DNA of 64,000 bases, from assembly GCA_963750255.1 (NCBI GenBank), contig CAVVPZ010000009.1:322069-386068 (forward strand), read 5' to 3'. The translations under genes and the position numbers were made by a program. Source of the DNA: an uncultured Actinomycetes bacterium (GTDB lineage: Bacteria > Actinomycetota > Acidimicrobiia > Acidimicrobiales > CADCTF01). Below, piece after piece: positions 52,984-63,235 of the stretch; position 1 is the first letter of the stretch; the number at the start of each line of letters is the position of its first letter. Below the pieces are notes generated by a model that was not told where the DNA came from, did not search any database, and saw nothing but the letters and a program-made list of their open reading frames with translations.

Positions 52984-53038
52984 TGAGGCCGAGCGCGCAC
53001 GCGCCCGGCCTCTTCGCCCGTTTCTCGAGGGAGAGCTG

Positions 53039-54127
53039 ATGGCCGGCGCAGGACCCAACTACATCGCGGAGATCAAGGTGGTGGGCGTCGGCGGTGGTGG
53101 CGTCAACGCCGTCAACCGCATGATCGACGCCGGCCTCAAGGGCGTCGAGTTCATCGCCGTCAACACCGATGCTCAGGCACTGTTGATGAGCGACGCCGAC
53201 CTCAAGCTCGACATCGGTCGCACGATCACCCGAGGGCTCGGCGCCGGGAGCGACCCTGACGTCGGTCGGGCCGCAGCCGAGGAACATCGCGATGAGATCG
53301 AGGAGGCGCTCAAGGGTGCCGACATGGTCTTCATCACCGCCGGCGAGGGCGGCGGCACCGGAACGGGTGCGGCCCCGGTCATCGCTGAGATTGCCAAGAA
53401 CCAGGGCTCGCTCACCATCGGCGTCGTCACCCGCCCCTTCGCGTTCGAGGGACGCCGACGGGCCGTGCAGGCCGAGCTCGGCGTCAACGGCCTCAAGGAC
53501 CGGGTCGACACGATCATCGTGATCCCCAACGACCGGCTGCTCGACATCGCCAACGACAAGACCTCGATGGTCAACGCGTTCAAGATGGCCGACGAGGTCC
53601 TCCTGCAGGGCGTGCAGGGCATCACCGACCTGATCACGACCCCGGGCCTGATCAACACCGACTTCGCCGACGTCAAGATGATCATGCAGAACGCGGGCTC
53701 GGCCATCATGGGCATCGGCACAGCGTCGGGCGAGGGCCGGGCGGTGACGGCGGCCAAGCTCGCCATCACGAGCCCGCTGCTCGAAGCGTCGATCGACGGC
53801 GCCAAGGGCATCCTGCTCAACATCGCCGGCGGTACCGACCTCGGGTTGTTCGAGGTCACCGAGGCGGCCGAGACCATCCACCAGGTCGCCCACCCCGACG
53901 CCAACATCATCTACGGCCAGGTCATCGACGACGCCATGGGTGACGAGGTGCGGGTGACGGTCATCGCTGCCGGTTTCAATCGGTGGGACGACGCCGGCAC
54001 CGGGACCGGTGACCGACCGCTCGGTCGGAGCGGGCTCGGTCTCGACGAAGCCGACGACGACTTCGACGACGACGAGGTCGATCTCGACCCCGACGACGAC
54101 TTCGACGTTCCGTCCTTCCTCAAGTAG
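53039..54127 (+). CDS. ftsZ: Cell division protein FtsZ
   Basis: GVGGGG, GGGTGTG, NTDFAD, C-terminal DVPSFLK. Confidence 0.99.
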   Translation: MAGAGPNYIAEIKVVGVGGGGVNAVNRMIDAGLKGVEFIAVNTDAQALLMSDADLKLDIGRTITRGLGAGSDPDVGRAAAEEHRDEIEEALKGADMVFITAGEGGGTGTGAAPVIAEIAKNQGSLTIGVVTRPFAFEGRRRAVQAELGVNGLKDRVDTIIVIPNDRLLDIANDKTSMVNAFKMADEVLLQGVQGITDLITTPGLINTDFADVKMIMQNAGSAIMGIGTASGEGRAVTAAKLAITSPLLEASIDGAKGILLNIAGGTDLGLFEVTEAAETIHQVAHPDANIIYGQVIDDAMGDEVRVTVIAAGFNRWDDAGTGTGDRPLGRSGLGLDEADDDFDDDEVDLDPDDDFDVPSFLK

Positions 54128-54130
54128 GCC

Positions 54131-54820
54131 GTGCCCTTCGAGGCGGTCGAGGTCCGGATCACCGGGCGGGCCGAGGGTGACCTCGGCTCGATGGTCGAAC
54201 GCGGTCCCGACGGCCCTGGGCCCGAGGTCGAGGAGCGCCGCCGCGCCATCGTGGATCTTCCCTGGACCTGGCTGCGCCAGGTGCACGGCCGGGAGGTCGT
54301 CGACGTTTCCCAGCCGGGTGGCGGCGCAGGCGCGACAGCCGACGCCGCCGTCACCGACCAGCCCGGCGTGGCCCTCGCCGTCGTGACCGCCGACTGCGCC
54401 CCGATCGCCCTCAGTAGCCCTGAGGGGGTGATCGGGGTCGCTCACGCCGGCTGGCGAGGTCTGGCCGAGGGCGTGATCGAAGCGACCGTCAGCGCGATGC
54501 GAGACAAGGGCGCCAGCCGCGTCGAGGCCTGGCTCGGTCCCTGCATCCACCCGGGCTGTTATGAGTTCTCGCCCGGCGACCTCGACGAGGTCGCGGCGCG
54601 ACTCGGTCCCCACGTCCGCTCGGTCACATCGACGGGCGCGCCGGCCCTCGACCTGCCCGGCGCGGTCAGGGCCGAGTTGGAGGGTGTCGGCGCCGACCTC
54701 GTCGTCGACTCGTCGTCGTGCACGGCCTGTGCCCGCGGACGCGACGGCGATCCGAGCTGGTTCTCGTACCGAGCTCGCGGGGATGAGAGTCGCCAAGCCC
54801 TCGTCATCTGGCGGACATGA
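54131..54820 (+). CDS. pgeF: PgeF/YfiH purine nucleoside phosphorylase
   Basis: QVHG, TADC, AHAGWRG, GPCI..CYE, FSYR. Confidence 0.93.
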   Translation: MPFEAVEVRITGRAEGDLGSMVERGPDGPGPEVEERRRAIVDLPWTWLRQVHGREVVDVSQPGGGAGATADAAVTDQPGVALAVVTADCAPIALSSPEGVIGVAHAGWRGLAEGVIEATVSAMRDKGASRVEAWLGPCIHPGCYEFSPGDLDEVAARLGPHVRSVTSTGAPALDLPGAVRAELEGVGADLVVDSSSCTACARGRDGDPSWFSYRARGDESRQALVIWRT

Positions 54821-55486
54821 CCGCCCGGGTGCAGCCCGAGGTGGTGGGCGAGCGGGTCGAGGAGCTACGCGCTCGCATCGCCGCCGCCGGCGGCGGACGC
54901 GACGTCACCGTGGTCGCCGTCACCAAGGGCTTCGGCCCCGAGGCCGCGGCGGCCGCGTTCGCGGCCGGCGTGGCTGACTGCGGTGAGAACCACGCGCAAG
55001 CGCTCTTGGCCAAGGCGCCGCTCGTCGCCGACGCTGTCCGATGGCACTTCCTCGGGCCCGTGCAGCGCAACAAGGTCAACGCGCTGGTCCCGGTGGTCGC
55101 TCGATGGCACGCCATCGACCGCGACACCGTTGGCCGGTCGATCGTCGCTCGGGGCGGGCCGGCGCCGGCGCTGGTGCAGGTGAATCTCACCGGCGACCCC
55201 GCTCGCCCGGGTTGCGCGTGGGACGACGCCGCCGCGCTCGGTGGCGCGGTGTCGAGCGGCAGGCCTGGTCGTCGACGGGCTGATGGGGGTGGCGCCACGT
55301 CACCCCGACGAGGCCCGAGCGGCCTTTCGCCGGCTGGCCCGATTGGCGGCGACCGAGGGACTCGAGCACCTCTCCATGGGGATGAGCGGCGACTACGAGA
55401 TCGCCGTCGAAGAGGGCGCAACCCTCGTCCGTATCGGCACCGCATTGTTCGGTGCGCGCCCCGGACCCGTTCAGGTGCGACGATAG
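54817..55486 (+). CDS. yggS: YggS PLP homeostasis protein (frameshift near 55245)
   Basis: VAVTK, GEN, WHFLG..QRNK; LSMGMSGD..GATLVRIGTALFG in the shifted frame. Confidence 0.93.
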
Positions 55487-55507
55487 GCTCGCTGACAGGA
55501 GGCGAAC

Positions 55508-55975
55508 ATGGCCGGATTGAAGCGGATGATGAGCTATCTCGGGCTCGTCGACGATGACGAGTACGACGACTACGAACCGTTCGACGAACCGCGGCAGGCC
55601 CCGATGCGCACGGCGCGTCCGACGCCCGCGCCCGAGCCCGAGCCGGTGAGCAACGGGTTGCGGACGTTGCCGTCCTACGGCGAGCAGTCATCGGGGGTGA
55701 CGGTCCAACCACAGCGCTCGTCGGTGGTGCGCCCGATCATCCCGGTGGCGTCGACCAAGCCCCAGACCGTCACGCCCAAGTCGTTCCAAGATGCCCAAGA
55801 GATCGCCGATCGGCTCAAGGCCGGCGTCTCGGTGATCGTCAACCTCCAGGCTGCCGACCGCGACCTCATGCGCCGCATCATCGACTTCTCCAGCGGTTTG
55901 ACCTATGGCATCGGCGGCGAGATGGAGCGCACCGCCGATCGCGTCTACCTGTTGACACCTACGAGCCGGGGCTGA
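55508..55975 (+). CDS. sepF: Cell division protein SepF
   Basis: N-terminal amphipathic MSYLGL; DAQEIAD..VIVNL..RIIDFSSG..YLLTP. Confidence 0.93.
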   Translation: MAGLKRMMSYLGLVDDDEYDDYEPFDEPRQAPMRTARPTPAPEPEPVSNGLRTLPSYGEQSSGVTVQPQRSSVVRPIIPVASTKPQTVTPKSFQDAQEIADRLKAGVSVIVNLQAADRDLMRRIIDFSSGLTYGIGGEMERTADRVYLLTPTSRG

Positions 55976-55982
55976 ACTCACG

Positions 55983-56240
55983 TTGTTGCAGGAACTCGTC
56001 ATCAACCTTCTTCGCCTCTACGTGTTCTGCGTGTTCGGTCGCATCATCTTGAGCTGGTTCCCGATCAGCCCAGGTAGTCCGGTGGCGTCGATCTCCCGGG
56101 CCCTCTACGCCATCACCGAGCCGGTGCTCGGTCCCATTCGCAGAGTGGTGCCGTCGTTCGGCATGCTCGACCTGTCGCCGATGATCGTCATCTTCGGCGT
56201 CAACCTGGTTCTCATCCCGTTGGTCCGGAGCGCCTTCTGA
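55983..56240 (+). CDS. YggT family membrane protein
   Basis: RIILSWFP..ITEPVLGPIRR..LDLSP. Confidence 0.93.
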   Translation: MLQELVINLLRLYVFCVFGRIILSWFPISPGSPVASISRALYAITEPVLGPIRRVVPSFGMLDLSPMIVIFGVNLVLIPLVRSAF

Positions 56241-57151
56241 TGGACATGACGCCCGAGAGCATCCGGGCGGTGCAGTTCCGGGAGAAGCTTCGCGGGTACC
56301 ACCCTGACGACGTCGATGCCTTCGTGGCCGAGGTCGCCAAGGGTTTGGAAGACCTCGCCGCTCGATCGAGGGAGGCCGAGGTCGCGCTGGCCGAGCTGGA
56401 GACGAGGGCGGCGGGGGCCACCGACGCCGAGGACTCGCTCCGGCGGACCCTTGTGCTGGCGCAGCGAACGGCCGACCTCGCCATCCAGGAGGCGCGGGCC
56501 GAGGCGGCGCAGTTGGCGGCGGAGACCGCCGAGTCGAGGCGTCGGGCCGAGGCCGAGGCCGCCGAGCTCCGCGACCGGCTTCGGGCCGACATCGAGGCCG
56601 AGGAGCGCGAGCTGCGCGACCACCTCTTCGCCCAGCGGGCCGCGCTCCAACGCGATGTCGACGCCCTCCACGACCACTTGGCTCGAGAGCGGGAACGTCT
56701 CCGCATCTACTTCAACGACCAGCTCCGACGCGTCGATCAAGGCGACCCGTCGATCGCTCCGGCACCCGAGCCCGAAGGCCCGCCCGACCCCGAGCCGGTC
56801 GTCGTGGGCGACGACGGCCTCGACCCCGCCGCCGTCGACGAGTTCTCGGCGGGCGCCGCTGATGGCCCTCGCGTCTACGACGACGACGCCCACGATGACT
56901 CCGTCGATGCCGGCGACGCCGCCGACCACGTGGACGATCCCCACACCGTCGACGACGGCCACACCGACGACGACGCGTTCTTGGCCGAATTGCGTCGGGC
57001 CGTCACCGACGACGAGCCGCTTGGCCCCCGCGACCATGAGCCGACCACCTCGGGTGGCGCCGACGACACCGATGACGACGGTTTCGACCTGTTTGCCCGA
57101 AGTGACGACGACGCCGGTCGGTTCGGCTCCCGGCTCCGCCGGCGGCGCTGA
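56240..57151 (+). CDS. divIVA: DivIVA/Wag31 domain protein with acidic tail
   Basis: MTPESIR..F..LRGYHPDDVDAF plus coiled coil (LVLAQRTAD). Confidence 0.92.
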   Translation: MDMTPESIRAVQFREKLRGYHPDDVDAFVAEVAKGLEDLAARSREAEVALAELETRAAGATDAEDSLRRTLVLAQRTADLAIQEARAEAAQLAAETAESRRRAEAEAAELRDRLRADIEAEERELRDHLFAQRAALQRDVDALHDHLARERERLRIYFNDQLRRVDQGDPSIAPAPEPEGPPDPEPVVVGDDGLDPAAVDEFSAGAADGPRVYDDDAHDDSVDAGDAADHVDDPHTVDDGHTDDDAFLAELRRAVTDDEPLGPRDHEPTTSGGADDTDDDGFDLFARSDDDAGRFGSRLRRRR

Positions 57152-57228
57152 TCCGAGCGGGGATGCCGCGTCCCCCGCTGGCAACCGTTTAGGATGCCGC
57201 CCGTTCCTTCGGAGGATGGTGAGCTTTC

Positions 57229-58299
57229 GTGTTGCTGCTGGTGACGATCGTATTGGTGCTCTTGGCTGCGTTGACCCTGGCTATTGGCATCGTCGGTGAC
57301 AATCTGGCGTTGATTTTCGTGTCGATCGGCGCCAGCGCCGTCGCCGCCATCGTGCTGGCCGTGCTTTCGGCCACCAACAAGCGCCGCTCGCCGGCTGATG
57401 CCGCCCCCACCGCCGACCTGGCGGCCAAGTCCGAGGTCCAGGAGCACGCTGCGGCCTCGATCGCCGGCGTGGGCCAGCCCGTGGGCAAGACGGGCGGCGA
57501 GGCGCCGACCCAGGCCACTCCCGTCACCCGCGACACGAGCACCACCGTGGGGCTGCCCATCGACGACTACGACAGCCTTCGGGTGAGCGAGATCCTTCCG
57601 CTCTTGGGCAACCTCGATCTTGATGAGCTCGAGGATGTCGCGCAGCACGAAGAGGCCAACAAGAACCGCGCGACGGTCCTCAACAAGATCGACGCTTTGA
57701 TGGACGGTCTCGAGGCCGACGAGGCGGCCTCGCCCAGCGGTGGCGGGGTGGCCGAGGAAGCGGCAGCGTCCATCGAGGAGATCGGCGAGCCGATCGTTGC
57801 GGTGCGCAGCGCCACCAGCGACGACGACTTCCCGATCGCCGGCTACGACGATCTCGATGAGGACGAGCTCATCGCCCTACTCGCCGACCTCGATGCCGAC
57901 GAACTCGAGACGGTGGCCGACCGCGAAGAGGCCGGCGCCAACCGCGACGCCGTGCTCGATGCCATCGACGATCGCCTCGACGTGCTCGAGGGCGTGGTCG
58001 CCGCCCCGGCGAAGAAGACGGCGGCGAAGAAGACGGCGGCCAAGAAGACGGCGGCCAAGAAGACCGCGGCCAAGAAGACCGCAGCCAAGAAGACCGCAGC
58101 CAAGAAGACGGCGGCCACGCAGGCCCCGGCCCGCAAGACGGCGGCGGCCAAGGCGCCGGCGGCGAAGAAGACGACGGCCAAGAAGACCGCGGCTCGCAAG
58201 ACGCCGGCCAAGAAGACGGCGGCGGCGAAGAAGACCACGACCAAGCGGACACCGGCCAAGAAGGCAGCGAAGTCGACCAAGCGGGCCACCAAGCGCTGA
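57229..58299 (+). CDS. Membrane-anchored protein with two acidic helical repeats and a histone H1-like AAKKT tail
   Basis: Two N-terminal TM helices; repeats [25 protein letters not shown] and [25 protein letters not shown]; K/A/T-rich C-terminus. Confidence 0.8.
   Translation: MLLLVTIVLVLLAALTLAIGIVGDNLALIFVSIGASAVAAIVLAVLSATNKRRSPADAAPTADLAAKSEVQEHAAASIAGVGQPVGKTGGEAPTQATPVTRDTSTTVGLPIDDYDSLRVSEILPLLGNLDLDELEDVAQHEEANKNRATVLNKIDALMDGLEADEAASPSGGGVAEEAAASIEEIGEPIVAVRSATSDDDFPIAGYDDLDEDELIALLADLDADELETVADREEAGANRDAVLDAIDDRLDVLEGVVAAPAKKTAAKKTAAKKTAAKKTAAKKTAAKKTAAKKTAATQAPARKTAAAKAPAAKKTTAKKTAARKTPAKKTAAAKKTTTKRTPAKKAAKSTKRATKR
58006..58115 (+). repeat. Coding 15-bp tandem repeat (AAKKT units)
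   Basis: About 7 copies of GC(G/A)GC(C/G)AAGAAGAC(G/C). Confidence 0.85.
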
Positions 58300-58335
58300 T
58301 CGGCTGCTCCGGCGGCCGAATCGCCGGGCTGGAGT

Positions 58336-61300
58336 TCAGTCGTCCCGGGCGACGCCCACGTGCAGGTGGCGGCCATCGGGCAGTTCGAGCCGGTGGCCGT
58401 TGACCAGCGCATCGACGAGCAGCACCTGGGTGGCCAGGGTCTCGGCCGCGATGTAGGGCCGGTGGGCCTCGACGGCGGCAGCGACGTCGTCGGGTGCCAC
58501 CAACGTGAGACGGATGCGGTCGGACACCTCCAGCGCGGCGTCCTTGCGGGCCTGGTTGGCCAGTCGCACGACGTCGCGAGCCAGTCCCTCAGCCGCCAAC
58601 TCGGGTGTGGTGACCGTGTCGAGGATCACGAGCCCGTCGTCGCCGGGGAGGGCTCGGGCGGTGGCCTCGTCTTTGGGCTGAAGCCGGAGCTGGTACTCGT
58701 CGTCGGCGAGGCGATGGCCGGCGGCCTCGACCGACCCGTCGGGGTTGCGCGTCCACTCGCCTGACCGGACAGCCTTGATGACCTTCTGCACGTCGCCCCC
58801 GATGCGAGGTCCGAGCACGCCCGGCACCACCTGGAGCACGTGGTCGCCGTGGGCGCTCACGTCGTCGGTGAGTACGACGAGTTTGGCGTTGACCTCGTCG
58901 GCGATCAGTCCGGTGAAGCCTTCGAGGTCGCCGGCACCGGGAGCCGCGATCGTGACCGAAGCGATCGGGAGGCGCACGCGGAGGTTGGCTGCCTTGCGCA
59001 CCGACGACGCCGCCGAGCAGACGTCACGGACGCGGTCCATCGACGAAACGAGCGCGTCGTCGGCGGGAAGTGATGCGGCGTCGGGCCAGTCGGTGAGGTG
59101 TACGGACCGGTCCTCGGTCAGGCCTCGGTAGATCGACTCGGTGAGCAGGGGCAACAATGGAGCCGCGACCTGGCAGAGCAGCGTGAGCACGGTGAAGAGC
59201 GTGTCGAAGGCGTCGTGGTCGCCGGCCCAGATGCGATCGTGTGAGCGACGGATGTACCAGTTGGTCAGCGCGTCGAGGAACCCCTCGATCTCGGCGCAGG
59301 CGCCGTCGATGTCGTAGGCGTCAAAACGGGTCTCGACGTCCTCGACCAGCCGCCGGGTCTTGGCCAGGATGTAGCGGTCGAGGAGCCCGGGAGCATCGGT
59401 GCGGAAGCTCGCTCGGTAGCCGTCGGTGTTGGCGTAGAGCGTGAAGAAGCCGTACGCGTTCCAGATCGGATTGAGCACGGACCGGACTGCGTCGGTCATG
59501 TTCTTGCGGCTGACGACGAGGTCACCGCCACGCAACACGGGTGAGGACAGCAGCGCCCAGCGCATGGCGTCGGACCCGAAGGTGTCGAAGACCTCGTTCG
59601 GGTCGGGATAGTTGCGCAGACTCTTGGAGAGCTTGAGTCCGTCGTCGCCGAGCAACACCCCATGGGCGATGCAGTTCTCGAACGGGGGACGGTCGAAGAG
59701 CGCGGTGGCGAGCACGTGCAGTGTGTAGAACCAGCCCCGGGTCTGGTTGTTGTATTCGACGATGAAGTCGGCCGGGAAGTGGTCGTCGAACCACTCGCGG
59801 TTCTCGAACGGGTAGTGGACCGACGCGAACGGCATCGATCCGGACTCGAACCAGCAATCGAGCACCTCCTCGACCCGTCGCATCGTGGAGTTCCCGGTCG
59901 GATCGTCCGGGTTCGGGCGGGTCAACTCGTCGATGGCCGGACGGTGGAGATCGTCGGGCCGGACACCGAAGTCGCGCTCGATCTCGTCGAGCGACCCGTA
60001 CACGTCGATGCGGGGGTAACGGGGGTCGTCGCTCTTCCACACCGGCAGCGGAGAACCCCAGAACCGGTTGCGGGAGATGGCCCAGTCGCGGGCATCCGCG
60101 ATCCAGCGCCCGAACCGGCCGTCGCGCACGTTGTCGGGCACCCAGTTGATCTCCTGGTTGAGCGCCACCATCCGGTCCTTGATGTCGGTGACCTTGACGA
60201 ACCACGACGAAACGGCCTTGTAGATGAGCGGGGTCCGGGTGCGCCAACAGTGGGGGTAGCTGTGGGTGTAGCTGTCGTGGCGCACCACGACCCCGCGCGC
60301 TTTGAGGTCGCGGATGATCGGCGTGTTGGCCTCGAACACTTGGAGCCCGGCGTAGGCCGACACCGCGTCGGTGAACCGCCCGGCCTCGTCGACCGGTACC
60401 ACCACGGGGATGCCGTAGGCCTCGCACACCCGCTGGTCGTCCTCGCCGAAACCGGGCGCCACGTGGACCGTGCCGGTGCCGTCGTCGGTCGAGACGAAGT
60501 CAGCGCCGACGATCTGGAACGCATTGGCCGTATCGGCGAAGTCGTCGAACAGGGGAACGTAGGTGCGGCCGACGAGGGCCGATCCCTTGACGGTGCCGAC
60601 ACGCTCGGCGCCGGCCAACTCCTTGTCGTACTTGGCCAGGGTGGCATCGCCCACGTAGATGCGGGTGTCGCCGTCTTGGAGCACCGCGTAGTCGATGTCG
60701 GGACCGACGGCGAGCGCGAGGTTCGACGGCAACGTCCACGGCGTCGTCGTCCACACCAGGATCTCTTCGATGCCGGCGTCCTCGGTGCTCGCCACTGGGG
60801 CGAGCGTGAATCGCACGGTGAGAGCCGGGTCCTGCCGCTCGCGATAGGCGTCGTCCTGGCGGGTCTCGAAGTTGGACAGCGGCGTCTCGCACTCCCAGCA
60901 GTAGGGGAGCACCTTGTAGCCCTCGTAGATCAGTCCCTTGTCCCACAGTTGCTTGAACGCCCACATGACGCTCTCCATGTAGGTGAGGTCGAGCGTCTTG
61001 TATTCGTTGTCGAAGTCAACCCATCGAGCCTGACGGGAGACGTACCACTGCCAGGCCTCGGTGTACTGGAGCACGGATCGCCGACAGGCCCGGTTGAACT
61101 TGTCGATGCCCATGGCCAGCACGTCTTCGTGGCCCGAGATGCCCAGCTCCCTCTCGGCCTCCATCTCGGCCGGGAGGCCGTGCGTGTCCCAGCCGAAGCG
61201 GCGCTCGACCCGACGCCCACGCATGGTCTGGTAGCGGGGGACGGCGTCCTTGACGAACCCCGTGAGCAGGTGGCCGTAGTGGGGGAGGCCGTTGGCGAAG

Positions 61301-61485
61301 GGCGGCCCGTCGTAGAACACGAACTCGTTCTCGCCCTGTTCTCCCGCGGGACGGGACGCAACCGACTCGCGAAATGTGTCGTCCTTTCGCCAGTACTCGA
61401 TGACATCCGCCTCGATGGCCGGAAACGACGGCTGCTGAGGGACGCGCGGGTACGGCAAAGAATCGGGTGCGGACTGCTCGGCCAT
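58336..61485 (-). CDS. ileS: Isoleucine--tRNA ligase (type 2)
   Basis: [41 protein letters not shown]; TACTGT-N7-ATG start at 61485. Confidence 0.97.
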   Translation of the reverse strand: MAEQSAPDSLPYPRVPQQPSFPAIEADVIEYWRKDDTFRESVASRPAGEQGENEFVFYDGPPFANGLPHYGHLLTGFVKDAVPRYQTMRGRRVERRFGWDTHGLPAEMEAERELGISGHEDVLAMGIDKFNRACRRSVLQYTEAWQWYVSRQARWVDFDNEYKTLDLTYMESVMWAFKQLWDKGLIYEGYKVLPYCWECETPLSNFETRQDDAYRERQDPALTVRFTLAPVASTEDAGIEEILVWTTTPWTLPSNLALAVGPDIDYAVLQDGDTRIYVGDATLAKYDKELAGAERVGTVKGSALVGRTYVPLFDDFADTANAFQIVGADFVSTDDGTGTVHVAPGFGEDDQRVCEAYGIPVVVPVDEAGRFTDAVSAYAGLQVFEANTPIIRDLKARGVVVRHDSYTHSYPHCWRTRTPLIYKAVSSWFVKVTDIKDRMVALNQEINWVPDNVRDGRFGRWIADARDWAISRNRFWGSPLPVWKSDDPRYPRIDVYGSLDEIERDFGVRPDDLHRPAIDELTRPNPDDPTGNSTMRRVEEVLDCWFESGSMPFASVHYPFENREWFDDHFPADFIVEYNNQTRGWFYTLHVLATALFDRPPFENCIAHGVLLGDDGLKLSKSLRNYPDPNEVFDTFGSDAMRWALLSSPVLRGGDLVVSRKNMTDAVRSVLNPIWNAYGFFTLYANTDGYRASFRTDAPGLLDRYILAKTRRLVEDVETRFDAYDIDGACAEIEGFLDALTNWYIRRSHDRIWAGDHDAFDTLFTVLTLLCQVAAPLLPLLTESIYRGLTEDRSVHLTDWPDAASLPADDALVSSMDRVRDVCSAASSVRKAANLRVRLPIASVTIAAPGAGDLEGFTGLIADEVNAKLVVLTDDVSAHGDHVLQVVPGVLGPRIGGDVQKVIKAVRSGEWTRNPDGSVEAAGHRLADDEYQLRLQPKDEATARALPGDDGLVILDTVTTPELAAEGLARDVVRLANQARKDAALEVSDRIRLTLVAPDDVAAAVEAHRPYIAAETLATQVLLVDALVNGHRLELPDGRHLHVGVARDD

Positions 61486-61503
61486 GTTCCCTACAGTACG
61501 GCG

Positions 61504-61863
61504 GTGGTCCACGAACTCTTCGACGATTCGGGCGACGGTGCCCTTGTGCTTCGTCTGCACGTTCAGCCCGGCGCAGGCCGCACCTCGGTGCTCGGCGTCC
61601 ACGGCGATGCCCTCAAGGTCCGGGTGGCGGCGCCGCCCGAACAAGGACGAGCCAACGACTCGTGCGTGTCGCTCCTCGCCGACCTGCTCGGGATCAAGGC
61701 TGCCGCCGTCGAGTTGGTGTCGGGAGCGACGAGCCGCTCCAAACGGTTTCGGGTGGCCGGCGTCGAGGTCGAGGATGTGACCCACCGTCTCGACTTGGCC
61801 CTCGAGGAAGCGGGCGGGAATGCCCGGGGTCGCGGCAGCGTTCCGAAGCCCGGCGCCCGCTGA
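61504..61863 (+). CDS. DUF167/YggU family protein
   Basis: [30 protein letters not shown]. Confidence 0.92.
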   Translation: MVHELFDDSGDGALVLRLHVQPGAGRTSVLGVHGDALKVRVAAPPEQGRANDSCVSLLADLLGIKAAAVELVSGATSRSKRFRVAGVEVEDVTHRLDLALEEAGGNARGRGSVPKPGAR

Positions 61864-61940
61864 CGACCCTGGATGGCTCCGTCGGGGCGACGTCGGGTGC
61901 TAACTTCCTCCGACTTCGCGAACCCCGAGGGGACCCGCTG

Positions 61941-62705
61941 ATGCCGAAAGCATCCAACGCAGCTACCACCAAGAAGGCCGCCACCCCGTCGCGGGCCGCC
62001 GCCAAGGGCGCAGCCAAGACAGCGGCGGCGAAGGCGACCAAGGCGACCAAGGCGGCCAAGACCCCGGCCAAAGCGACGAAGGCCGCCAAGGCGACCAAGA
62101 GCCCGGCCAAGACCACCGCCAAGGCCACGAAGGCGCCGGCCAAGTCGGCGAAGACACCGGCGAAGGCGGCGAAGACGCCGGCCAAGACCACCAAGGCGAC
62201 CAAGGCGACCAAGGCCGCCGAGGCCGCGGTCAAACCGCAGCCCCGCACCATGGGGGCGGCCAACATCCCGCCCAAGCGACCGGGGGCGCCGACGCCGGTG
62301 GCCAAGAAGGCCCCGGGGCCCTTGAGCGAGGCCGACAAGAAGTTCTTCGCCGAGCAGAAGAAGCTGCTGCTCGAAGAGCGCGAGAGCTACGACCGCCAGG
62401 CCACCGAGCTCAAGGCCGAGGCCGACCAGTTGGCGGCCGAGATGGAGCCGGGCGACGTCCAGTTCGACGAAGAGTCCGGCGAGGGCGACTCGATCGGCAT
62501 GGAGCGCGAGCGCGACCTCCAACTCGCCGGCCAGGCCCGGGCCGCCATCGAAGAGATCGACCGGGCGCTGGCCAAGGTCGCCAACGGCACATATGGCACC
62601 TGCGAGCGTTGCCACCAGCCGATCCCGAAGCCCCGCCTGAAGGCCCTGCCGTACGCGGCGTTGTGCGTGGCCTGCAAGAGCGGGGGACTGTCCTCCCGAC
62701 GGTGA
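61941..62705 (+). CDS. TraR/DksA C4 zinc-finger protein with K/A/T-rich N-terminal extension
   Basis: IDRALAKV..GTYGTCERC..IPKPRLKALPYAALCVAC. Confidence 0.9.
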   Translation: MPKASNAATTKKAATPSRAAAKGAAKTAAAKATKATKAAKTPAKATKAAKATKSPAKTTAKATKAPAKSAKTPAKAAKTPAKTTKATKATKAAEAAVKPQPRTMGAANIPPKRPGAPTPVAKKAPGPLSEADKKFFAEQKKLLLEERESYDRQATELKAEADQLAAEMEPGDVQFDEESGEGDSIGMERERDLQLAGQARAAIEEIDRALAKVANGTYGTCERCHQPIPKPRLKALPYAALCVACKSGGLSSRR

Positions 62706-63196
62706 GCGCTCCGGCCGACGCCACGCGCGTCGGTCCGACCTCTCGCCTCCACCTGCTTCGCCTCGGCCTCCCCGCCGCCGTGGTCGCCGTCGACCAGATC
62801 ACCAAGTCACTGGCCGTGGACCGGCTCTCCGACGGTCCGGTCGACCTGTTCTGGACGCTCCGGTTGAACCTCTCGTTCAACTCCGGGCTCGCCTTCAGCC
62901 AGGGCACCGGCATGACCGGTCTCATCACGATCGTCGCCGTTGCCCTCGTCGCCGGCCTCGTGTGGTGGAGCTTTCGCCTCACCCGACCCGTCGCCGTCGT
63001 CGCCGCCGCCCTCTTGTTGGGCGGCGCCGCGGGCAACCTTGCCGACCGCCTCTTCCGAGCCCACGGCGGCGCTGTGATCGACTTCGTCGACCTCCAGTGG
63101 TGGCCGATCTTCAACGTGGCCGACGTCGCCATCTCGGCCGGTGCCATCCTTCTTGTCGTGGTGTCCCTGGCCACGCCGGCCGAGCGAGCGTCGTGA
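62702..63196 (+). CDS. lspA: Lipoprotein signal peptidase II
   Basis: DQITK, NSGLAFS, GGAAGNLADR, VIDF, PIFNVAD. Confidence 0.96.
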   Translation: MSAPADATRVGPTSRLHLLRLGLPAAVVAVDQITKSLAVDRLSDGPVDLFWTLRLNLSFNSGLAFSQGTGMTGLITIVAVALVAGLVWWSFRLTRPVAVVAAALLLGGAAGNLADRLFRAHGGAVIDFVDLQWWPIFNVADVAISAGAILLVVVSLATPAERAS

Positions 63197-63235
63197 AAGA
63201 CCGAGCGTTGTGAAAGACCGAGCGTTGTGAAAGAC
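63185..63235 (+). repeat. 17-bp tandem triplication across the lspA stop / rluD start junction
   Basis: CGAGCGT(C/T)GTGAAAGAC x3. Confidence 0.9.

Noticed and set aside
58006-58280. Short repeat array as a possible CRISPR or VNTR locus
   Set aside because: In-frame 15-bp coding repeats with no spacers and no cas genes.
52946-61785. Long antisense or overlapping ORFs (for example 52946-54796 minus and the 5' part of 59662-61863 plus)
   Set aside because: Expected stop-poor shadow frames of high-GC coding sequence, with no recognisable motifs.
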